From Glaucostegus cemiculus (taxonomy: Eukaryota), in NCBI GenBank assembly GCA_976551045.1, contig CDPCPM010000073.1:24180001-24244000 (forward strand): 64,000 nucleotides of DNA, in the 5' to 3' direction. A program made the translations under genes and the position numbers. Under the pieces are notes generated by a model, which made no database searches, was not told where the DNA came from, and saw nothing but the letters and a program-made list of their open reading frames with translations. Every line of letters begins with the position of its first letter. Positions within the stretch are counted from its first letter, which is position 1. Positions 14,191 to 26,280 of the stretch are shown here, piece by piece.

Positions 14191-15299
14191 AAAGGAAACT
14201 TGCCACAATATACAATATATTGAAGCAGCCAAATTACTTTGAAACAATAACGATATCAGTGATTGGGACTTGAATAGTACTTTTTGGTAGGGCTAGGCTT
14301 ACTTTGCCAGAAAGAAAATCATTGAAAATCATTTTCCAATGGCGTGTTTGAAGTATGTTATTTTCAATTGTTGTTTAAGAAAGAAAAATTGAACTAAGTT
14401 AGCTAAAATATCAAAGTATTAATAATGTTATGGAAGCAGAAATACAGTTTTAAGTTGGACATTGTAGGTAATGTACATTTATTTATTTGAAGAAAATGTT
14501 TGATTTGTGCTAAAGGGGCAATGTTACAGTTGTTACATTAAACAGCTACAGGGCAGAAGTATTCGTGTTTTTTGGAATTGTGGCATCCAAGCTGATTTTA
14601 TTTTTTTATAAACGAACAGCTAGTCCTGAAAGCCTGGACTTTTCCTCAAGCTACATGAAGCAAAATAATTTCTTTCATATGGGAATATATGAACCAAACA
14701 AATTCTATTCACCCATAGGGTGGTGAGAATATGCAGCTAAATCAATCACAGAATTTAAGGGGGAATTAGAGAAACACCTGAAAAAACAAAATGTTGAAAG
14801 TTGAAAGTACAAGGAAATGGTGTTTAACGAATCAGAACAAGAACTGGCACAGGAAAGTTCACTCTCTGTAACAAAACTCAACATCAAATTTTTATTATGA
14901 GTACAAAGAGCTCTGAAGAGAAGAGAAGCAGATTATTTCTTCCATTTTAAGTTTCCCGATATTCCTCACTGATTTGAAGGGCCATCAAATCATTACTCAA
15001 TCACAACAATTTACTTAGCCTTCTGCACAATATTTATTATTTTCTGATGTACAGTTGGAATAAGTGACATACTCAAAGGACAACAATGACCGCCATGCTC
15101 ATCCCTCTTACAAAGAAAAGATATCCTACTCATGTGTATAACATGGTATATCCTTGATTATTTTCTACATATTACATAAGGTGATACTATCTTTGGACTC
15201 CACCCAAATATATTGCAGGGTTTGCACATTGCAGTTTTTGGGAAATCAGAAGCAGGTTGCTACATGCCTGATTTTAAATTAGTAATTTAAACAGAACAG

Positions 15300-16020
15300 A
15301 ATCAGGGATGATCTAAGATTGTGAGAAGGTGTCATGAAAAAGAGGGATAGTTGGTGGTAAAAGTGAACCAGAGCATCAACGAAGGAATGGTCCTTGCAGA
15401 ATGCTGAAAAGGGTTAAGGAGAGGATAGCATGTCTGGTGGTGGCATTCCTTTGAAAGTGGTGATCTTTGTGGAGATTGTGGAGACTGGAAAATGAAGACA
15501 AGGCCGACCCCTTGTTCATTCTGGGTGGGAGGAGAAAAGGTGACAGCAAAGATATGAGAAATAGAATGGATGCAGTTGGGGACATTATCACCACAATGGA
15601 GGCAAAACCATAGTTAAAGGAAAAGGAAGACATCTCAGAAGCACTGGTGTGGAATGTGGCATCGTCAGAACAGATACAACAAAAATGGAGAAATTTGGAC
15701 ATGGTATGGGGTCCTTACAAGAAGCAGGGTAGAAAAAGGTATTATAAGAATAGCTTTAGGAGTCTGTGGATTTGAAATGGCTACTGGTTGCCAACCTATC
15801 CCTTGAAATGGAGATAGAGGAATGAAGGAAAATAAGGGATGAGTGTGAAATGGACCATGAGAACAGGAGGAAATTCTCAAGTTCTGTACCACAGCAGCAA
15901 ATAGTATCAATACAATGATCAATGCACCAGCAATGGGGATGGTGCTTGAGTGACGCTGAAGTAGCCCTGTTTCACATTTCCCACAAAAAAAGGCATGGAT
16001 CGACCCAATACTCTGATTCA
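15300..16020 (-). pseudogene. Penelope-like retroelement RT C-terminal fragment
   Basis: Minus peptides IPFS... and SKFLHFCCICSDDATFHTSASEMSSFSFNYGF match the PLE motif IPFSQFLRLRRICS...F...RGF. Frameshifted. Confidence 0.75.
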
Positions 16021-17839
16021 TGTTCTCTTCATATTTGTTTCCCTCTCTGTTTCTAGAATAAGATATAGGCCGTTAAATATGGCAAGGTTCTAATCATGGT
16101 CATAATCATTCTTGTGAACCTAAAGAATCAATTATTTGGATTTACACTTGTTTCTCAGAAGAAATTCTATAGGTAGCCTTATAGTATGGAAAAATATTCA
16201 TACTTTAAACTATTCCTTTTGATATTATATTCATGCTGTCTTCCATAAAAGCAGAGCAGAATCTACTAGTCCCCAGAGATTTTATTAGATGTTATGTACC
16301 CCAGGCTCTGTAATATTTCTATCACTGTTGCTCCATCGTCCCAGAGGTATATTTGAGTTTAATATGTGAATAAAGAATAAAATATAAACTTTGTAACATT
16401 TAGCAGTGAGTAATTACTTTCATTGTACAATTTCAATGTAATGACATCATCACCAAATGAATTCTCTGATTTAACTTGTTAACTGAATGAAGACTGCATG
16501 GTATTGAGTTCTCAGTTTACTCTGCTTTGTACAACTTTTCATATAATTAGATTAATTTTTTACTTTGTATAGAATTCTACCAACTACTACTCCCATTTTC
16601 CAATGCATAAGATATTGTTTTAATGTGCTTTATCGCGAATGCATCTTGGAAGTAGAATGTTGTAAGTATTCTCCACTAAGCAGGTAGAATGCCAAATATA
16701 ACCCCCTCCTCCACACAGACCCCACCCCCCAACAGCCAACCTGCAAACAAGTGGGGTCCACAAATTAATTTGAATTTTCTCCTACCCCATAGCATGCTGC
16801 TGGTTTCTGTCCATTTTGGGTGGACCAGTGGCCAGCACTCATTCAGACATAGGAGCTGATATACTCAAGGCTTCAAATTTAGACCAGCAGGTGGCATTCA
16901 CAATCATCTTGCCCTCCCCTTCCCATCCATTCAGAGTTAAAATCTACACTGGAGTTTTCCCTTTAGTTTCCTTGTTATACATCAAAATACTTATTATTTG
17001 TTCTGATTGAATGTTTATGATTTGGTGGACTTTTCATGAATAACTGAACAGAACTGCTTTTCTGTAGCAAGAATATGAAAGCATTTTTGGTAAACCACCA
17101 AGTAATTTATTCAAGAATAAAGCTGAGCAATTTTGAATTAAATCACTGCAATTACATTATCCCAGAGGTTTGCTATTTCACCTATACTGAAGGCTGGATG
17201 TATCATCTCTCATGTCTCAGGGGCCTATACATTCTTGGGAACCAAGGGAATTAAGAGATATGGAGGTAAAGCAGAAAGGAAGAATTGAGGAAAGACCACA
17301 CATGATCTTGTTGAATGTTGGAGTGCCTTATTTGGAGAACTCACTCAATATAAGCTGGAATGTGTTCTGCTTCAAAGGCAAATTGCTAAACGTATCAGGC
17401 AAGGAACTAAACTTGGCACAACTATAAAAGCAAGAGAGATGCCGGAAGATAAGGAAATAGACAAAGCTTCCTTTTACAGATGCAATAATCTTGGGAATCC
17501 ATCTGTCAGAATAACACCCCTGGTGGGAGATCATTAAGAATAGGAAAACAGAAGAAATAAAGGAAGTGGAAGCTTTGAAGGTAGCTTTGCTCTGTAATTT
17601 CTATCATTTGTTTAGCAATGACGTTGCAGCTTTTCTAGTGGGAGTAATTGTGAGGTTAAAAGTGCTCAATATTCTTACAGGACAAATCAGACACCAGCTT
17701 CCGACATCCACACACACATACATATCCAAAGTTGCTATCTCATTTGCCATGTTCTTCCATTATCTTTGCCATATGGCTGTCTTAACACAAGATACAGTAA
17801 TAAAAAAGTTTGTGTAATACCTATCACAGACTCAGACCA

Positions 17840-18085
17840 CCCCTACATTCTTTAAAAGTCAATGAGGTACTTCAAAATATAATCATAGTTATAAATTGGG
17901 AATCATGGCAGCCAATTTGAGCACTACAAGGTCGAACAGAAAGCAATTGCTAAAATATTGAGGCATGAATAAACATTGGCATGACATCCAAAAATCTCCA
18001 TTGCTCCAATGCAACATTTAATGCCTTACCTGAAAGACAGCATCTCCAATTGTGCAGCACCTCTTCAATATCTCACTGACAGACT
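17840..18085 (-). mobile_element. Deu-domain SINE (SacSINE1/AmnSINE1-like), ancient
   Basis: ggcagccaatttgagcactacaagg and ctgaaagacagcatctccaattgtgcagcacc match the recalled Deu-SINE core (GGCAGCCAATTTGCGCACAGCAAG...CCGAAAGACGGCACCTCCGACAGTGCAGCACTCC). Confidence 0.7.
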
Positions 18086-18779
18086 AGAGTTTTTAAATAT
18101 ATTGTATACAATAACTTGATACACACTAAAGGCTTTGGAAAAATCTGGGGCTTGGTCATTCATTGCTGAAAGTAATTTTAATGGTGTGATAACTTTTAAG
18201 TACAAACAATTAATCACCCTGCCACTCAGTCATTCAGTCCTTCAGATTTTAATTACTGATGGAGATTTTAGGGAAAGTAGATATTAAAACTGTTCCTTCT
18301 TTTCTCGTTTAATTCGATATTATTTTTCTCTGTTTTTTTCTCATTTAATTCAATGTTGTTTTTCTCTGTTTTTTTGTCTTATGCTACTGGAAATTTTACA
18401 TCAAATATTCTAATTTGTAACATCTGGATGAGACTCCAGCTGGTAGGTAAGGTGGGTGAAGGTGATGTTAGTTTTTCAGGAATTGTCCTGATGAAACTTA
18501 TTACAGTTGCATCAATGTTGGTTTAAGCTCATAAATTGATACATTATAGAAACCACCAGCTCAGGGAAATGGTTAATTTCACTATACTTCCCAGAAATGA
18601 TGGCACTTTATATGTAAATTAGTGAAGGATTCCACTAAAAATCAGTGTAGAAGATCTAGAGGACGTTGAAAAAGAAATGAGCCAAATTTAAGGAACTATC
18701 CCTTTTGTTTCCTCGGTCAACTCTTGTAATCACATCTCACATGAGCAAAAGATTAATGAAATTCCCATAAACTCAAACT

Positions 18780-20470
18780 ATTTTCAACAAATGGGAAGTG
18801 GATTATTACATCTACCCTCACAGCCGCCAACACAGCTGAACCTGTGATCACAGTGGAGGACATAAGATCAGTCTTCCGGAGAGAGAACATGAGGAAAGCA
18901 TCTGGCCCAGACAGTGTCCTGGGCCGCGTGCTTAGATCTTGTGCTGATCAGCTGGCAGAAGTATTTGCAGACATATTCAGCCTCTTCTTGCTTCAATCTC
19001 AGGTTCCCACCTGTTTTAAGAAGATCACTATCATCCCAGTACCGAAGAAAAGCAAGGTAACATGCCACAACGACTACCGACCAGTGGCTCTGACATCCAC
19101 CATCATGAAGTGCTTCGAGAGGTTGGTCATGGCACGCATCAACTCCAGCCTCCCAGACAACCTGGACCCATTGCAACTGTATCGCCAAAACAGGTCTACA
19201 GCTGATGCCATCTCCCTGGCCCTACATTCTGCTCTGGAGCATCTGGACAGTAAAGACACATACGTTAGACTATTGTTTATTGACTACAGTTCTGTCTTCA
19301 ATACGATAATTCCAAGCAAGCTTGTCACCAAACTCCAATACCTTGGACTCAGCTCCTCCCTCTGTAACTGGATTCTTGACTTTCTAACGAACAGACCCAA
19401 TCAGTAAGGAGAGGCAGCAATACCTCCAGCACGATTATTCTCAACACTGGTGCCCCACAAGGCCGCATCCTCAGCCCTCTACTCTACTCCCTATACACTC
19501 ACAACTGTGTGGCCATATTCTGCTCTATCTCCACCTTCAAGTTTGCAGATGATACCACCATTGTAGGCTGTATCTCTAACAGCAATGAGTCAGAGTACAG
19601 GAAGGAGATAGAGAGCTTAGTGGAATGGTGTCATGACAACAACCTTTCCCTCAATGTCAACAAAACTAAAGAACTAAAGACTTCAGGAAAAGGGGCAGTG
19701 TACATGCACCTGTCTACATCAATGGTGCTGAGGTCAAGAGGATTAATAGCTTCAAATTCCTGGGAATGAACATCACCAACAGTCTGTCCTGGTCAAATCA
19801 CGTAGATGCCACAGCCAAGAAAGCTCATCAGTGCCTCTACTTCCTCAGGAGGATAAAGAAATTTGGTTTGTCCCTTTGACTCACACCAACATTTACTGAT
19901 ACACCATAGAAAGCATCTTATCTGGATGTATCATGGCTTGGTACAGCAACTGCTCTGCCCAGGACTGCAAGCAGCTGCAGAGAGTTGTGGACACAGCCCA
20001 ACACATCATGGACACTAGCCTCTCCTCCTTGGACTCTATCTTTACCTCTCATTGCCTTGGTGTAACAGCCAGCATAATCAAAGACCCCACCCACCCGGGA
20101 CAGTCTCTCTTCTCTCCTCTTCCATAGGGTAGAAGATATAGGAGCCTGAGGGCACGTACCACCAGACTTAAGGACAGCTTCTACCCCACTGTGATAAGAC
20201 GATTGAATGATTCCCTTATACAATGAGATGGACTATGACCTCACGATCTACCTCGTTGTACCCTTGCACCTTATTGCACTGCACTTTATTTGTAGCTGTG
20301 ACACTTTACTGTGTATCGTTATTGTTTTTACCTGTACTACCACAATTCACTCTGTACCAACTCAATGTAACTGCACTGTGTAATGAATTGACCTGTATGA
20401 TCGGTTTGTAAGACAAGCTTTTCACTGTACCTCGGTACAAGTGACAATACTCAACCAATGCCAATACCAT
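18780..20470 (+). mobile_element. Rex1/Babar LINE (family A), 5'-truncated, RT pseudogene with 3' UTR
   Basis: ORF 18844-19407 contains [26 protein letters not shown] and [12 protein letters not shown]. 19509-19769 contains FKFADDTTIVG. C-terminus GRRYRSLRARTTRLKDSFYP. Several frameshifts. Tail ...accaatgccaatacca. Confidence 0.93.
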
Positions 20471-20569
20471 CCATGGAGGATTTTCTCTGCAAGTGTCAAT
20501 TTCCACATGTACGTTGATGGCAACACTATCTCACAATTACTTTATTTGACATCTTCATTGTCAGACTGG

Positions 20570-20827
20570 TTGTGACCTTGCACCTTATTGCACTGCACCT
20601 TATTGCACCTTGTAGTGAACTTGCACCTTATTGCACTGCACTTTCTCTGTAGCTGTGACACTTTACTCTGTACTGTTATTGTTTTTACCTGTACTGCATC
20701 AATGCACTCTGTACTAACTCAATGTAACTGCACTGTGTAATGAATTGACCTGTAAGATCGGTTTGTTAGACAAGCTTTTCACTGTACCTCGGTACAAGTG
20801 ACAATAACAAACCAATGCCAATACCAA
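20570..20827 (+). mobile_element. Second Rex1 family A 3' UTR copy with triplicated gcaccttattgcac motif
   Basis: Close match to ~20260-20470, ending in the same aaaccaatgccaatacca tail. Confidence 0.88.
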
Positions 20828-21136
20828 CTAGTTCGTTCCTGACAATATTGGAACCCAGTCAACCCAAATCCTAAACATGACAGCTCTGCTGTTTCCCAAG
20901 GCACCATTGATGATCAATATCCTAATGAAACCTGAACGATTAGAACATAAGAAATGAATAACTCATTAATTTAGACTGTGGTTGACCTGTACCTTACTTC
21001 AATTTATCTGCCTTGGTTCCATTATCCTTAGTATTCCTGCCCAAGAAAATACATTTATCTCAGTTATGACCTACTACTACTGAATGACAGGTTTCTTCCC
21101 ATTTGGCCCCAATAACAAAACAATCGATATTCTGCG

Positions 21137-21845
21137 TGTTATATACTAGGTTACTATTGGTGAATGTCCCTTTAAGATAGAGCATAGTGGTGTGTGTGTG
21201 TGTGTGTGTGTGGTGTGATGACTACAATCCACGTATGGATTTTTAGAATAATCTGGTGGAGTCCACTTTGTCGTTAACCTGTAGTGGGAAACAGGTATTT
21301 GTGTGGACGGTTACATCTCAGATGTCTTTCAGGGTGGCAGATACTTCATAACAAAGCAGTGGAGTCCACTTTGTCATTAACTTGTAGTGGGAAACAGGTA
21401 TTTGTGTCTTCAGCCATGATTTGAGTGCCTTTCAGGGTGGCAGATGCTTCAGGACAAAGCGGTGGAGCAGTCACTTCTGAGTAGGCACTGTGGTGTCGTA
21501 TGGGTTCCATCGTGGAACATTTGGATTTCGTAATTACTCTCTATTTTCTCTCTAAGTTTCCTCTTCAGTCAACGATGGTTGTTGAAGAAGACTTTGCTCA
21601 CTTTTCACCTTACGGCTTGCTGAACTGAACTTTGAGAATTATTCCTGGACTTGGAGTTTGGGAATTTGCGACACACACACTTCAAGTTTAGTTTTTGGAG
21701 TTAATGTTTAAGAGCTAACATTTTTACTTCTAACATTCTAACATTTTACTGTTATTTTTCTTATTATCATAAGTAGTTATTAACAAAATAGTTTTTAACA
21801 CTTATACATGACTCGGTGTGTTTCTTCTGTTGCAGGTTCGTAACA
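21137..21845 (+). mobile_element. Solo LTR (709 bp), probably Gypsy-type
   Basis: Starts TGTTA and ends TAACA (perfect 5-bp inverted termini). Flanks TGCG (21133-36) and TGTG (21846-49) read as a 4-bp TSD with one CpG transition. Contains (GT)n and a 103-bp tandem repeat. Strand is inferred. Confidence 0.78.
21256..21467 (+). repeat. 103-bp tandem duplication inside solo LTR
   Basis: gtggagtccactttgtc...gtagtgggaaacaggtatttgtgt starts at 21256 and 21359. A third gtggag starts at 21462. Confidence 0.85.
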
Positions 21846-22255
21846 TGTGCTAGTAGGTGTTGCAGAGTGCATTTCCTGCTCTCCAAACCTAAAAACTATT
21901 TGCCACTTGGGAAGGTACAACGATGTTGAGATGATATTGCACAGTCATTGTTGTTGATGGCCTGCTTCAGAAAATTTTAAATGAAAGGTGCTATTGCAAT
22001 GAATATAATTGAGCTTTGGAGAGAAAACCAATTCACTTCTTGATTCAATAGATACATGGAACTCATGGATGGGGATGGAAAATGGTTAATTTCAATAATA
22101 TCAGGTATTGCATTGTAACCTTGACCGAAAGCAAGCTAGACAGACTGTCAAATTTCCCTCATTTCTAATGTTTCATTATCAATTATGAACTGTCTGAAAC
22201 TTTAATACTGACATCACTGCTTCAGTTTGATTGCCCTAAAGGCAAAAGGTAGAAT

Positions 22256-22490
22256 TGTAGCAGCCAGCAGGGTGCGACTTAAAAGAACACGAGGACACGG
22301 AGACTCGATCAAGCACGTTTTTAATAACTCACCAAAAGCCGTGCATATCCCGAACAACAAAAAACATGGCCGGCGGAAGTGACGTCATACTCCTGCCGGA
22401 AGTCCCACCTTCCGGCACTATCGTGGGAACTTGCGCGTTTCCCCGCGACGGCTGACAGCGCTTCAGATCCCAATATCGTGAGTCGCTACA
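22256..22490 (-). repeat. 3' LTR of Gypsy element
   Basis: tgtagcagcc...agtcgctaca. About 18 mismatches versus 26281-26515 by manual alignment. Confidence 0.97.
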
Positions 22491-25400
22491 CCACCCCCCC
22501 AGAAACATCCAGCGGAGGTGCGGGGCCATCAACCCGATCGCCCAGCTTGGGAGGCCTACCCCGCCGGCGTGGCGAAGGCACCCTGACCGGGTGTGCAATG
22601 TCCAGATGCGCCGGCTTCAGGCGGTCCACTGTGAAAGTCTGCTCACGACCCCCAACCTCGATGACGTATGTTGAACCATTGCGCCGGACCACCCGGAAAG
22701 GCCCCTCGTACGGCTTCTGCAGGGGCGACCCATGTGCCCCCCGGCAGATGAAAACGTACTCACAGCCCTGGAGGTCCTTCAGAACGAAAGAAGGCGCTGT
22801 GCCGTGCCTGGAGGCCGGGATCGGTGCCAAGGTCCCCACCTTGGCCCGTAGCTTCGCTAACACTTCCGCCGGGGTCCCTGCTGGGTCCTGAGCCCCTGGT
22901 ACAAACTCGCCCGGTACCGTGAGGGGGGAACTGTAGACCAGCTCGGCTGAGGAGGTGCCCAAATCTTCCTTGGGGGCCGTACAGATGCCCAGCAGGACCC
23001 AGGGGAGCTCGTCTGTCCAGTTAGGTCCCTGCATGCGAGCCATCAGGGCGGACTTGAGGTGCCGGTGGAAATGCTCCACCAAACCATTGGCCTGTGGGTG
23101 GTATGCCGTGGTGTGATGCAGGTGGGAACCCAGGAGCTGCGCCAGTGCCGTCCACAAGCCGGACGTGAACTACGCCCCTCGGTTGGAGGTAACGTCTGCC
23201 GGGAGGCCAAACCGGGCAATCCAGTGGGCAATGAGGGCTCTGGCACAGGACGCGGTGGATGTGTCTGCCAGTGGCACTGCCTCTGGCCACCTGGTGAACC
23301 TGTCCACCACAGTGAAAATGTACCTGGTGCCCCGGGAAACTGGCAGTGGTCCAACGATGTCCACGTGAATGTGCTGGAACCTGCCAAGCGTTGGCTGAAA
23401 ATGCTGGAGGGCAGCCTTCACGTGCCGCTGGACCTTGGCCGTCTGACAGTGCAGGCAGGTTCTGGCCCAGTGCCCCACCTGCTTGCGTAGACCATGCCAT
23501 ACGAATTTTTCTGCCACCATCCTGATAGTCGCCCTGATGGACGGGTGGGCCAGGCTATGCAGGGCGTCGAAACCCCGACGTCTCCACGCTGCTGGCACCA
23601 CCGGCCGGGGTCTGCCAGTAGACGTGTCACACAGGAGCCGGATCGCCGTAGGGCCAACAGGAATATCTTCCAGCCAGAGTCCCGAGAGCGCGGTGCGGTA
23701 TGCCGGGATCTTGTCGTCTGCCTGCTGCGCTTGCGCCAGCGCCGTGTAGTCGATGCCTGTGGCTGGGGAGGTCGCTGAATGGATGTGGGGGCGGGACAGT
23801 GTGTCGGCGACCACATTGCTCTTCCCAGCGATGTGGCGGATGTCGGTGGTAAACTCCGAAATGAAGGAGAGGTGCCGTTGCTGCCGAGCCAACCACGGGT
23901 CTGACGTCTTTGCCAGGGAAAACATGAGGGGCTTGTGGTCCGTGTAGAGGGTAAAGTACCTCCCCTCAAGGAAATAACGGAAATGGCGGACAGCCAGGTA
24001 AAGAGCCAGCAGCTCCCTATCAAAAACGCTGTACCTGCCCTCTGGCGGCCGCAAATGTCGACTGAAAAAAGCAAGCGGTCTCCACTGGCCCTCAACAAGT
24101 TGTTCTAAGACCCCACCGACCGCCGTATTGGAAGCGTTGACAGTGAGCGCTGTGGGGACGTCGACTCTTGGGTGCACCAGAAGTGTTGCCTTGGCCAGTG
24201 CCTCCTTAGCCTGATCGAAAGCTGCCGAGGCCTCCACATCCCAAACAACATCCTTGGCCTTGCCAGCCATGAGTCCGAGCAAGGGGCGCATGATGCGTGC
24301 TGCTGTGAGCACAAAACAGTGGTAGAAGTTCACCATTCCCATGAATTCTTGCAGGCCCTTGACCGTGTAGGGCTTGGGAAATTGGAGGACAGCCTGCACC
24401 TTGTCGGGTAGCGGGGCGGCGCCATGCTGGTTCACCCTGTGGCCCAAGAAGTCGATCTCCCGCAGCCTGAACTGGCACTTCGCCAAGTTGATCACCAACC
24501 CGTGGTCGCTCAGGAGCTGGCAGAGCTGACGGAGATGGGCTGAGTGCTGCTTGTGCGACTTGCTGGCTACCAGGATGTCATCCAGGTACAAAAAAGTGAA
24601 ATCGAGGCCTCTGCTCACCGAGTCCAATAGCCGTTGAAAAGTCTGGGCGGTGTTCTTTAGGCCGAAAGGCATTCGGAGAAACTCGAACAGCCCAAAGGGG
24701 GTGATGAGGTCTGTTTTGGGCACGTTGTCGGGGTGAACAGGGATCTGGTGGTATCCCCGGACCAGGTCAATCCTAGAGAAAATGGTTGCCCCATGGAGGT
24801 TCGCTGTGAAGTCCTGGATGTGGGGCACAGGGTACCTGTCGGCAGTCGTGGCATCATTGAGCCTCCTGTAGTCTCCGCAGGGTCTCCAGCCCCCCGCTGG
24901 TTTGGGCACCATGTGGAGCAGGGATGCCCATGGACTGTCGGAACAGCCGATGATGCCCAACTCCTCCATCCTGCGAAACTCCTCCTTGGCGAGGCGGACC
25001 TTGTCGGGTGGGAGCCTGCGGGCACGGGCGTGTAGCAGAGGTCCCTGTGTGGTGATGTAGTGCTGCACGCCGTGCTTGGGGACTGCAGCGGAGAATTGCG
25101 GGGTGATAATGGAAGGAAACTCTGCCAACACCTTAGCAAGCTCGTTGGAGAGTGCAACAGAGTCAAGGTGGGGGGCAGGTGGCCCGGCCTTCCCAAGCTG
25201 GTAGCTTTGGAAAGTCTCAGCATGGACCAGACGCCAGCCCTTCAGATCGACCAGCAAGCGGTTGGCGCGCAGGAAATCTGCCCCTAGCAGTGGCTGCGAT
25301 ACCGCTGCTACAGTGAAAGTCCAGGTAAGCGAACTGGTCCCAAAACGTTACAGGATGGTGCGCAGGCCGTAGGTGCGGATGGTAGAGCCATTCGCAGCGG

Positions 25401-25580
25401 TGAGTTTAGGGCCTTTGACCGCGTTGCGGGTATCCATGTTGGAGGGGGGAAGGACACTGATTTCAGCCCCCGTATCCACCAGGAAACGCCGCCCAGTGAG
25501 CCGGTCCCAAAGGAAGAGTAGGCTGTCTTGCTGGCCAGCTGTCGAAGCCGGTAACGACGGCCAGCCTCGGCGTTTCCTGG
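22486..25580 (-). pseudogene. pol: pol (protease, RT, RNase H, integrase) in one frame with two in-frame stops
   Basis: PR LVDTGAEISV. RT MPFGLKN and YLDDILV. RH TDHKPL. IN HHCC (H-SLAH...C-LH-C), HVDIVGPLP and GLVEHFHR, plus C-terminal YEGPF. Stops TAA at 25348-50 and TAG at 23170-72. The ORF ends at a TAG inside the 3' LTR. Confidence 0.95.
22491..22500 (-). other. Polypurine tract
   Basis: Minus-strand GGGGGGGTGG directly precedes the 3' LTR. Confidence 0.85.
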
Positions 25581-26242
25581 GAAAGAACACGGCGGCTGGC
25601 AGCGGCACGCATTCGTCCCCCACCTCTTGTGGTAGAAACACCACTGCCCTGGGCCTTTGTCCTTGTCCTCTGCGGGCCCTGACGGTTTGGGTTTCGGACC
25701 CTTAGCCGGAGGCTGCAAGGCCGCTGCTACACAGGCAGAGGCCACTCCTCACCGCCGACTGCAGCAAATGACATCCGCTGTGGCTGCGAGGGCACGTGAG
25801 TCGCTGAAATCACCGTCGGCGAGGAGGGGACGCGTATCATCCAGGAGTTGCTCGAGGAATAGCTGCCGGAACAGGAAACATGGCTGATGGCCGTCCATGA
25901 GTGCAAGCAGCTTGTCCATCAACTCGGAGGGCTTGCGGTCACCTAGGCCATCCAATGGAGGAGCCTCGTGGCTCGGTTGCTGAGGGAAAGGCCGAACGTG
26001 CGGATGAGGAGAGCCTTGTTTCGGGCGTACCTGTCCTCTGTCAGTGGCTGGCGTAGGAAATCGATGATGCGACCGGCCGTGTCCTGGTCGAGGGCGCTGA
26101 CCACGTAGTAATACTTTGTGGCATCGGCTTCGATGCCCCTGACGCTGAACTGGGCCTCGGCCTGTTCAAACCAGACTTGAGGCTGTGAGGTCCAGAAAAC
26201 CGGGAGCTTGAGTGCCATGGCGTTGTGGGAGTCAGTATTCAT
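25550..26242 (-). pseudogene. gag: gag (CsRn1-type, CHCC knuckle), with one frameshift and one stop
   Basis: LKLPVFWTSQPQVWFEQAEAQF N-terminus, LGDRKPSELM, and knuckle CFYHKRWGTNACRCQPPC. Frameshift at ~25955 and TGA at 25749-51. Confidence 0.9.
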
Positions 26243-26264
26243 GATTCCAGATGCCGTCTGGAAT

Positions 26265-26278
26265 CGTCGGGGTCACCA
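26265..26278 (-). other. Primer-binding site complementary to tRNA-Trp
   Basis: Minus TGGTGACCCCGACG lies 2 nt after the 5' LTR and is complementary to the 3' end of vertebrate tRNA-Trp (CGUCGGGGUCACCA). Confidence 0.9.
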
Positions 26279-26280
26279 AA

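Noticed and set aside
21256-21467. CRISPR-like repeat-spacer pattern (also 8673-8785)
   Set aside because: Vertebrate context, no cas genes, only 2-5 degenerate units, and the spacers are related to each other.
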